Positions 53,481 through 64,000 of a stretch of 64,000 bases of DNA are shown here, piece by piece. The notes below the pieces were generated by a model, which worked only from the letters and a program-made list of their open reading frames with translations, had not been told where the DNA came from and ran no database searches. Made by a program: the position numbers and the translations under genes. Source of the stretch: the human T2T-CHM13v2.0 reference genome, Homo sapiens; the NCBI RefSeq assembly GCF_009914755.1, contig NC_060926.1. The stretch is one strand, 5' to 3'. Position 1 is the stretch's first letter; each line of letters starts with the position of its first letter.

Positions 53481-56028
53481 GTTTATAACTAAATACCAAT
53501 GGAAAAGTATATCTATGTGTACATAATCTGTTGTGAAATAATAGGTATTAAGACATTTGAAAGTTAAATTTTCTGTCTTCAGGGAATGCTAAAACAATAA
53601 TTGCAATTATTGCTTATTTAACTAAGCACTTACATTGATGAAGACCTCCAAATAGTTTTATAGCCCTCTTTTGTTCTCTCCCTTTCTCTAGGTGCACCTG
53701 AAAAATATTATTGGTGTTCACACAATGAGTATGCTTGCTAAACTTGGATCCCACAAAAGATTGCAGAGCCTATTTGAGGCAACAGCCTGGGGTTAAATAA
53801 CGAAACAGCCAGCCTCTAGAGCACAAAACTAAACAGAAGCAAGTTACATAGAATTTCATTGCTTGCTTCTCTCTGGTACTATTAGTCAGAACACCAACTT
53901 AAGCTTTATTTCACGTAGCAGATTGAAAGGTCAGACTGGCCATTCACCCAGACTGATTCAGCGAGGGGGGTAAAAATGACCTACTGAGGATGAGAGTAAA
54001 ACATTTCACTTGTAGAGAGTTGCTAAGGTGAGGCACATTTGAAGGGCACCATGGGGCTTGGCCTGCTCCTACGGGTGTTGGTTACAAGCATAACTTTGGC
54101 TCGGGGTTTGTGTACACTTCTGAAAGTGCAGCTGCGCCTTTCATCTAGAGCTAGCCATGGTCTCCTGAGAGCCTGAAGGTGAAAGCAAATGCATCTGTGG
54201 TCCACTACTGACCATGGCTCTGGACTGTGAGGGATGCATCTGCTGCCCAACAAGGCAGCAGTGGTTACTCGAAGTTCACCTTGGAAAAAAAGGGACTCCA
54301 TGTGGCAGAGCCCTTTCTGAGAGGGCGTGAAATAACCCCAGGTGACGTGAAATAACCCTCCTGCCCACCCCCGGCACTGCTCTGCCCTGCTTTCTGAGCA
54401 TCATGGAAATATTAGATTTCAGAGCTGAGCAAGGAGCTGTTGCAATTGCAGCCCTCAGTAGCAGTTTGTGGCCCATAAAAGGAAGAGTTGTAGGGCACTC
54501 AACAAGGGAGCCTCCAGCTCGGGAGAGACTTGTGAGAGCACTGGTTATCAATGAAAACCAGGAGGCCTTGTCAGACTGTGTATGTGTTTTGCAGGACACA
54601 GACAGGAAGAAACTAATAGTTGCAGGTATGATGAAAGTGGGGAGACCTTCCTGATGGGTTAGTGACATTAGATAGCCAGGAAACGTTGTTCATAAGTGGT
54701 ATTAAGCAGAGGAGAACTTGAAGCAGGTGTCAGGAACCAGAGTATGAAGTCATATAAAGAAAGCAGAACTGGGATGAGCCTGACCACGTGGGAGGAGGAT
54801 TTGAGAGTATCAGAGATGGTGCTGCAATACTTGGATGGTTTCGATAGCACTGTTTAATGAGCCTAAGACAGCAGATATGGAGAACTCTTTGATTTTTTCC
54901 CTCTCTGATGACTGAGGGATCTGGCCTACCACCTGGTCTGGGAATGGATGGGATTGCTCCCAGGGGAAAAGCATGGAAAAAGGGAGCTGTGCTTTGCACC
55001 CAAACAAGCTTGAACTTATACACTAAGGAGAGAATTAAAACTTCATGAGAGAACATGGGGGAAAATGCAATAAAGATCTGAAAGAAAAGAAGAGGTGGCA
55101 CTAGAGCTCAGGTAAGATGGAGTGAACAGGTTTGAGGGGTTGAGCTTGGAAAGAGTCCATGAGGCAATGCAGGTAATAGGAGGCAGGGGTTACAGGTTCT
55201 GAGGGCAGGGAGGGAGCTGTTAAGGGGAATGAGTTGGTTCAAAGGTCATTTCTTTAGTCAGTTCCCTGGTGCGGTCAAGGACAGCAGTCAGGTTGTCTCC
55301 CCTACCCCATATTCCCATTGCTGTGATTTACTTAGGAACCCTCTGGAGTTGTGACACAGGTTCCCAGGACTTCTCCTTCGGGCAGTAACCATTGCAGTGG
55401 CCAGACCAGGTGTTTACCAAGGGGCCAATGAGGACTAGTACCTTCTATTAGATATACTCTAGGGCTTTGTCTTGGGCTACCCATACAGACTGCTAAAGCC
55501 AGGAATGGAGCAGTAAGTGATAAGGAAGTGGATATCCAAGAAGGATACGGCCACAGATGAAAGGCTGCACAATTGGCCTCTTGGTTAGAGAGGCCTCTAG
55601 AGTGATCCTCCAGTTTCAGGAAGAGGTTGTTGATGGTGCTACATTGAGAGGTAAGCCAGATGGCAGTACTGACTCAGAATTGCTTCTCTGTTCACCTGCA
55701 AACTTCTTTTGTCAATGTTTGGGATGGTGGAGAATGTCCTAGAGGTCCTTCTGGGTCTTCTGCTCCATGCCTATCTCCTCCTGGTTTTTTATTTGTTTGT
55801 TTGTTTTCTGGCCCCAGAACTTTGTGCTTTAAGGAGACCTGGGAGGGGCACATATTTTTATTCTTTAAGAACCTGTGCTTCTCCTCGATCCACTTAACTT
55901 TGATTTTACTTGTGTCATAAATACTATAAGTTGATACTTCTCTCATTTCCTGCTATGACGATGCTTTGGCATATTTGACAGGTCTGAAAAAATTAAATGG
56001 TTAAATCTCACCAAGTTTTCATCTAAAC

Positions 56029-56208
56029 TGGGGGTTGGCAATCTTCTTCTGTAAAGGGATAGTAAGAGATCTTGGCTTGTGGGTCATATGGTCTCTGTCA
56101 CAACTACCCAAATCTGCCATTGTCATGCAAAAGCAGTCATAGGCAATATGTATAAAAGGGTAAAGATGTGTTCCAATATGACTTTATTTATAGAAACAGG
56201 TGGTCAGA
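56029..56208 (+). mobile_element. MER58A, 3'-truncated
   Basis: ggggttggcaa..ttctgtaaaggg..atatggtctctgtcacaactac..ctgccattgt..aaaagcagtcatag..tgtgttccaat..ctttattta..aaacaggtgg. Confidence 0.82.
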
Positions 56209-56324
56209 GGAAGAAAAGACCAAAGAACTTTTAGATAGGGTTGACAGAGTTTAAGGAAAAAACTCCTTGTCCTTATGTATTTCCCCAAAAGCCTGCCTGG
56301 GGAGCCTGAAATTTCAACAGTATA

Positions 56325-56854
56325 TGGTAGTCCCCCCTTATCCATAGTTTTGCTTTCTGGAGTTTCAGTTACCAGTGGTCTGAAAATATTAAATGGAAAA
56401 TTTCAGAAATAACTCATACATTTTAAATTGAGTGCCATTCTGAATAGCATAATGAAATCTTGCACCCTCTAGCTCCATCCACCCTGAATGTCAATCCTCC
56501 TTTGTCCAGCATATGCACTGTAGAGGCTATGTGCCCCTTCGTCACTTAGTATCCTTCTTGGTTATTAGATCTGCTGTAGAGGTATCCCAGTGCTTATGTT
56601 CAATTAACCCTTATTTTACTTAATAATGGCTCCAAAGTGCAAGAGTAATAATGCTGGGATATTTTTACAATTGTTCTATTTTATTACTAGTTATTGTCAA
56701 TCTCTTACTGTTCCCAGGTTACAAATTAAACTTTATCGTAGGTATGCATGTTCAGGAAAATACATTATGTATATAGGGCTTGGTACTATTTGTGGTTTCA
56801 GGTATCTGCTGAGGTTCTTGGAAGGTATTTCCCATGGATTAGAAGGAACTACTG
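56325..56854 (+). mobile_element. MER44B-like (Tigger7-derived, TcMar-Tigger)
   Basis: gtagtccccccttatcc...gtctgaaaatattaaatggaaaatt...ccttattttacttaataatggc..aaagtgcaagagta...ggtttcagg...gaactactg; TIRs at both ends. Confidence 0.85.
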
Positions 56855-57149
56855 TTTGGTTTGTGTGTGTGTTTTTTTTAAAGCTCGAAAGGGCTCAGGA
56901 ACATCTTAATTAGATTAAGGTGTTATATTACCTAGGAGAAGAAAATATGACCTTAGTGAATAGTTACTTTGATTAATCAATTAGCATCTTTTTCTAGGTA
57001 AACCAACAGCGATAAGAAAGAGCTGTACCCCAGAGGTAAGGGCAGATGGGAGCAGGAGGTAAGAAAGCACCCATGACAGGGAGGCTGCCTTGGAACTACG
57101 TTTATAGCTACTGTTTACAAGGTCTTGAACGGGGAGCCATGGGAGCCAC

Positions 57150-57640
57150 AAGGATGAAAATAAAAATACAACCATTATCCTCAAAGATGTGGAAATTTAG
57201 TTGAAGATACATGATAGCTATGTGTGTATCTTTGATTTATACATCTAATTCCGTGTGTAGGTATCCTCCATCCATATAATAAATAATGGATAAGGCAATA
57301 GTATGTGGTAAGTTGCAATGGGTAGCACAGCCAGTAAGCCTGAAGGTGTTTGGAAGAGATCTATTTCTACTGGTTGTGTGAATGGGATGCCTTCAGCAAC
57401 ACGTGGATTTTGAATTGAACCTTGGAAGATTGCTAGTTTAATTGGCGGAGGCATCCCCTCCGCAAAAAAAAGAAGGCAATGTGGGACATAAACTGGGGAC
57501 TCCTGACTGTTTTCCTTATTCTGTGTGAAGCGGGCTGTAGTCACAGATCCAATATTGGTTAGGATGGTTAGATTCATCCTGCATTGTGGATATGGCCTTG
57601 ACTCCACACTTCCACTTGTCATCTGGAAATGTAGGAGACC
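57150..57640 (-). mobile_element. L2 fragment
   Basis: ttatcctcaaagatgtggaaatttagttg...ggattttgaattgaaccttggaag. Confidence 0.45.
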
Positions 57641-59269
57641 AGGTTTTAGAGAATAGCTGCACTTACTTATTCATCTGGATCTTCATTCTGGAAACGTTCC
57701 TTGGCTTCCGTTAAATGTCAAGCACCGGATGGTTCAGTGCAGCCCTCCTGCATTGCCAGAGATGGATCCTGGAGTTTTCATCCTGCTAATATGCAGCCCA
57801 CATATATGAAGGTCAACATGTTGTATTCACTGGAAATAAGTTGAGATTTCATTTACTTACATGAGATGCTGAAAACTAAGTAATAGTGGAGAGTTGCAAG
57901 GTTTTAGTTCCTCCATGTAAAGATGGAGAAAACAAAATCCCCTGATGCCTTTAGTAATTAAAAGGGCATTACATTCCCGGCATGGTTTAAGGTAAGACAT
58001 GATAAGCCTCTCCTATCCTTTTCACATAACCACACATTATTGATGAGCCAGCATCAAGAAGGCATTAGGTGATGCTTTATTGTATTATTTTAAGCCACTG
58101 AGGTTTTTATATATGAAGGGCATAGATTTATGCTGAGTGATTCAGCTATGAAGCGGGCACATCAATTTGTTCATGAATGTGAGCTGGTGATTACCTCCAT
58201 TAAAGTCACCAGGGCAGACTGATCACTTTAATTTGGGCAGAGGCATGCAAACAGCATTTGCTAGTGGTGTGTGTATCCCTAAGAACACAGGCAAAAGAGC
58301 TGCTCTTCATCCCAGAAGAGCTCTAGAAAATGCAGATTTGTGTTTTTATAGATGTATAACTGTAGTCAAGGGTACAATGCCTGGTGGGACCATGAACAAA
58401 TTTCTTCGTTGTACCATGTGGCAGGATGTTGTATAAGGTTCACTTGATATTAGCTGGTGTATGCTAATTTGATGATAAACTTATTTGATTAACTGATACA
58501 GAAAAGTTATACTTCCTCCTAATTCTAGATGATAGAACTGAGTGCCCTCCTATGTATGACTAAGTTATGACAAATTGAGTGGTCTTCTATACAACATGAA
58601 GAGAGTTTGTGGGAGTTAGTAAATTCAAAAAATTGGAATTCAGCAACTGTGATCCCAGATATGTGTGGAGGGGTAAAGTAGGGATTCTGTCCTGCAAGAA
58701 TTCAGTCTAGCTGGGAAAATGTGAAGTGGCTACTTGAGCAATCCTGATTTGCACTTGTGGTTTATAGAACGAATAGTTAGAAGGACATTCGGATGATATG
58801 TTGGTGGAGAAGTCAAGAAGAAACAGTGTTGAGGAATATGGGATGCAATGCTGGTAGCACTGGAAAATTGGCAATTCACTTATTCCAGGGACCTTTCAGC
58901 AAGGACTATGGTCACAGGTAAACAAGTGCCATAACAATTTTCCTGATGCAGAAATTTCACTTCCGACAGGAGCAAAAACTAGATGCCTAAAGATGTGTAT
59001 TACTTTGTTTTTGGTAATAGCAAACATTGGAGACTCCCCTAAATGCATGACAGCAAGGAATTAATTTACCAAACAATGAGGCAACAACATTAGGGAATCT
59101 TATTCAATAATTAAAAAATATTGGTTAGAAGTGTATATAAAATCTATAAAATATTTGGGATCTAACGGGTTGAAATAAGCAGTGACAAAAAGAATTATAA
59201 CTTGAGAATTGTAACTTTATACAAAACTAAGGGGTAAACTACGCAAGTGATCACATAGAGCTCCCTTCG

Positions 59270-59730
59270 GTTTTTATCATTGTCTTCCCCTTGTTTCTTT
59301 TGTAAAACTCATCACAATATAAACTTTTAATGCATTACTTTGCTAAATTCTGTCTTCCCACCAAAATATAAGCTCATCTAGGGCATAAGTAATATTTTAC
59401 TTGTATCTTCCATGTCTGTCATATATAGGCACTCAATATTTATTGAATGAGTGATCAATGATTGGATAATGTCATTCAAATATATTTTCACTTTTATAGT
59501 GACCTTTCAATAAATTGCATCTTATGGCGGTAACATTTGTCAAGTCATTACTGGGTGCTGGGTTAACTAATCTCTTATTGCAACATTGTAATATTTTATA
59601 TTTATATTTTATAACTGAGACACAATTGAGGCTCAGAGATGCAACACGTCTCACCCAGCTGGTGAGAATAAGAGTCAGAACATAAACCCTGGGCTGCTTG
59701 ACTGCAAAGGCCAGGTCTTACCAATTATGA
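59270..59730. mobile_element. L2 3' end (+) followed by MIR (-)
   Basis: ataagctc..agggca..ataggcactcaatatttattgaatgagtga; gacacaattgaggctcagaga..cacccagctggtga..aaaccctggg..tgactgcaaag. Confidence 0.65.
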
Positions 59731-61678
59731 TTTTTAAAATTAAACTATATAGAATGACCAAGAGTGCCAGATGCCTTATAGAGGTCATTTAAAACAGAGG
59801 CAAGAAAAAGTGATTCCACTTCCTCCTGTCCCCCAGTGTACTTAAGCCCCCAGCTGCTGACATCCACTGAGCATCCTTCCCTGATCAAATTATCCCTGCT
59901 GTTTAAGTTTCCTCTATCCTGTAGAACTGCAGTGACTGTTAATCAGGCTGATAAACTTATGCCAGTGTGTAGCTGCTCATTTTAAAATGATTCCATAATA
60001 CCTCAGCAGGAAAGCGAGACAACTCCTACAATATTCTTCTGGGCAGCCAGACTTGACTCTCCTCAAGTCCAATTTTGATGGTGGCCATTTAGCCTATTCC
60101 TATGCCCATCTTCCTGGAAGCTGATCATCGAAGGCTGAGCCTGTTTTTCTACCAGCTGCTTCTGTCTTGCCTCTCAAAGGTTTCAGGGAGGTTTATCATT
60201 TCCACTGTTATTGAATTGTGAAACTCCATCTGTATTATAGGAGTCATGTTCTGTAGGAACCTTGTGGTTCTCTAGAAGATAGGCATATATGTTAACATCT
60301 TCGTGTGTACTAATTACATCAGCACAGATAAATGAATAAACCTTCAGATGGAGACCGCAGCACTTTTCATTGTGATGATAGTTTTAGAGAAAAATGTTTT
60401 GCGTGAAATCTGTGCCACCATCCTCTCTGTGGTTTTATATGGCCACATGACTGACTATAAATTCAAGTAATTCCCCTTGAATTTATTTAAATAAATTCAT
60501 TTTATTCTCAAATTTACAGTGATGATGAAATATTAACATGAGGAGCAAGTGCTTTATGGACCTTCGAATTGCTATTCTGCTTTATTTCAATAGTGTGTTC
60601 TTAAAACACCAATATGATACCTGAAGCTGTAAAAATTAATGAAATGATTCAGTGTTTGGGAGTTGAATGCAGTGAATATTTGCTGGTGTTTCAAACAGAA
60701 CAGAATCACAAATATTAAAAAATGTAATTTGATTTCCGAGGCCAGAAAAAGGGAAAATGTTCTCATTTTTCTGATGTACTTCATATCACGTTGGAGTTAA
60801 ATGCCTAAATACTTTATTAGCAGAGGTTTTTAATGTCTAATTGAAGCTCAGCCTTCCAGGCATTTTGGCTTTTCTTGTGAGTGTTCAAACAAGACTGTGG
60901 CTCTTTTGAGACAGAGCTGCTTTTCTGTGGCGGTGTCCACACAAAACTGAATTGTACAGCCACGATGTAGTTTATCAAGATCTGTGAGCTGTGTGGGGTT
61001 TTCTTTGTGTGATTAAAAAACATCTTGCCTTTTTAAATGGTCACTATACATTTTACTTTAACTTCTGGGATACGTGTGCAGAATGTGCAGGCTTGTTACA
61101 TAGGTATACATGTGCCATGGTGGTTTGCTGCACCCATCAACCCATCATCTAGGTTTTAAGCCCCACATGCATTAGGTATTTGTCCTAATGCTTTCCCTCC
61201 CCTTGCATCCCACCCCCTGACAGGCCCCAGTGTGTGTTGTTCCCCCTCCCTGTGTCCATGTGTTGTCATTGTTCAACTCCCACTTATGAGTGAGAACATG
61301 CAGTGTTTGGTTTTCTGTTCCTGTGTTAGTTTGCTGAGAATGATGGCTTTCAGCTTCATCCATGTCCCTGAAAAGAACATGAACCCATTCTTTTTTATGG
61401 CTGCATAGTATTCTGTGGTGTATATGTGCCATATTTTCCTTATCAAGTCTATAATTGATGGACATTTGGTTGGTACTATGCCTTTGCTATTGTAAATAGT
61501 GCTGCATTAAACATATGTGTGCATGTGTCTTTATAGTAGAATGATTTATAATCCTTTGGGTATATACCCAGTAATGGAATTGCTGAGTCAAATGATATTT
61601 CTGGTTCTAGATCCTTGAGGAATAGCCACACTGTCTTCCACAATGGTTGAACTAATTACACTCCCACCAACAGTGTAA

Positions 61679-62029
<351 letters not shown>

Positions 62030-62389
62030 TGACTTTTTAATGATCGCCATTCTAACTGGCATAAGATGATATCTCACTGTGGTTTTAATTTGCATTTCTC
62101 TAATGACCAGTGATGATGAGCTTTTTTTCATATGTTTGTTGGCCGCATAAATGTCATCTTTTGAGAAGTCTCTGTTCATATCCCTTGCCCACTTTTTGAT
62201 AGGGTTGTTTTTTTCTTGTAAATTTAAGTTCCTTGTAGATTCTGGAAATTAGATCTTTGTCAGATGGGTAGATTGCAAAAATTTTCTCTCATTCTGTAGG
62301 TTGCCTGTTCACTCTGATGCTAGTTTATTTTGTTGTGCAGAAGCTCTTTAGTTTGATTAGATCCAATTTGTCAATTTTGGCTTTTGTTA

Positions 62390-63070
62390 CTATTGCTTTT
62401 GCTGTTTTTTAGTCGTGAAGCCTTTGCCCATGCCTATGTCCTGAATGGTATTGCCTAGGTTTTCTTCTAGGGTTTTTATGGTTTTGGGTTTTACATTTAA
62501 GTCTTTAATCCATCTTGAGTTAATTTTTGTATAAGGTGTAAGGAAGGGGTCCAGTTTCTGTTTTCTGCATATGACTAGCCAATTTTCCCAGCACCATTTA
62601 TTAAATGGGGAATCCTTTCCCCATTGCATGTTTTTGTCAGGTTTGTCAAAGATCAGATGGTTATAGGCATGTGGTGTTATTTCTGAGGTCTCTGTTCTGT
62701 TCCATTGGTCTATATGTGTGTTTTGGTACCAGCACCATGCTGTTTTGGTTACTGTAACCTTGTAGTACAGTTTGAAGTCAGGTAGCCTGATGCCTCCAGC
62801 TTTGTTCTTTTTGCTTAGGATTGTCTTGGCTATACAGGCTCTTTTTTGTTTCCACATGAAATTTAAAGTAGTTTTTTCTAATTCTGCAAAGAAAGTGAAT
62901 GGTAGCTTAATGGGAATAGCATTGAATCTATAAGTTACTTTGGGCAGTATGGCAATTTTCACGATACTGATTCTTCCTGTCCACGAGCATGGACTGTTTT
63001 TCCATTTGTTTGTGTTCTCTCTTATTTCCTTGAGCAGTGGTTTGTAGTTCTCCTTGAAGAAGTCCTTCAC
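62390..63070 (-). pseudogene. L1 ORF2p remnant (post-RT/C-terminal region), non-functional
   Basis: 226-aa ORF: [32 protein letters not shown]...LPDFKLYYK...IDQWNRTE...FNKWCWENW...[11 protein letters not shown]; continues frameshifted at 61955..62179. Confidence 0.95.
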
Positions 63071-63156
63071 ATCCCTTGAAAATTGTATTCCTAGGTATTA
63101 TTTTATTATCTTTGTAGCGATTGGGTCACAATGTATTTTTATGAGGGATGCATATG

Positions 63157-63278
63157 TTTGTTTTTTGAGATGCAGTTTCACTCTGTTGCCCAGACCAGAG
63201 TGGAGTGGAGCGATCTCGGCTCACTGTAACCTCCACCTCCTCAGTTCAAGCAATTCTTGTACCTCAGCCTCCTGAGTT
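63157..63278 (-). mobile_element. 5'-truncated Alu (right-arm fragment)
   Basis: tttttgagatgcagtttcactctgttgcccag...gatctcggctcactg..acctcc..ttcaagcaattct..cctcagcctcctgagt. Confidence 0.9.
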
Positions 63279-64000
63279 ATTTTTGTCAATTTTTAACTGT
63301 CTTATCAGGAATATTGTCACTCTGCTTTTGGCTTCCTGAGGTGATTATTAAAGAGTTACAGGATAGATGCCAATTGTAATACAAATTCAATTAATGGAGT
63401 TAAGTTACTTTCTTCAAAAAATAGGCATAGGCTCTCCTTGCTTTTTTTTTTTTGTTGTTGTTGTTGTTGTTCTTTCTAGTTCTGCTAATGATATTGTTAA
63501 TGTTAAGTATTCATGTACTTACAAAGTGTGCCCAGAAGAGCCAAAAAAAAAAAAAAAGTTATATTCATTGAGCATCTAGAAAGTAGTGCTAAACAGGCAA
63601 TCGTAAAATAAATCTTGCAGGATGGATAGTTTACCTCTCCATGATATGTTTACTGATTCCACTTAGCAGCACTGGTCTCTTCTTTTTCTGTAATCCTAAA
63701 GTTTTTGGGGTCAGCAGCACACAATTTAATGATGGCTGCTAAGCTTCCTCCTTTCCCTCAAGATAACTGGTTTTAAGGTACTAAGTCAGAGAAAGACTGG
63801 CCTAGTCTTCTCAGCTTTTACTTCCCCAGATCCATTATGCTCTCAGAAGTTAAGAAGGAGAGCTTTCCTTTCTAACAGATTGGTAGGTATTTAGTACAAT
63901 TAGATCACCAACGAGCTCTACCACCTATAGTCATGACCTATTCCACTTTCAGAAATCCCAGATCAATCTAAATTGCTCAAAATTTAATACTTAATGAAAT

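Noticed and set aside
53101-55101. Cluster of 120-130-aa ORFs (53101, 54276, 54730)
   Set aside because: They show no recognisable domains, lie on mixed strands, and one overlaps MER58. This is consistent with chance.
62390-63070. 226-aa ORF as a functional CDS
   Set aside because: It is an internal fragment of a truncated, frameshifted, Alu-interrupted L1 ORF2 lacking the endonuclease and RT core.

Overview
This is primate (human-like) nuclear DNA that is AT-rich and CpG-depleted, with no CpG island and no recognisable cellular coding exon, RNA gene, CRISPR array or prokaryotic system. It reads as a long intron or intergenic stretch. It is densely filled with interspersed repeats: 11 Alus, two ~1.8-2 kb 5'-truncated L1s plus older L1 fragments, about 11 solo LTRs (THE1/MST/MLT1/ERVL/ERV1), hAT and Tc1-mariner fossils (MER20, MER58, MER102, MER94, MER5, MER44, MADE1), and MIR/L2/L3 relics. 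The only ORFs with recognisable products are decayed L1 ORF2p fragments. Repeat family and subfamily names come from recalled consensus sequences, not from a search, and boundaries of old repeats are approximate. I found no convincing new biological system. The most notable oddities are a ~115-bp locally templated insertion inside an L3 relic, a perfect 70-bp tandem duplication, a three-arm chimeric Alu bounded by one TSD pair, two strong + strand splice acceptors in unique sequence, and several repeat-free blocks that may be conserved enhancers.
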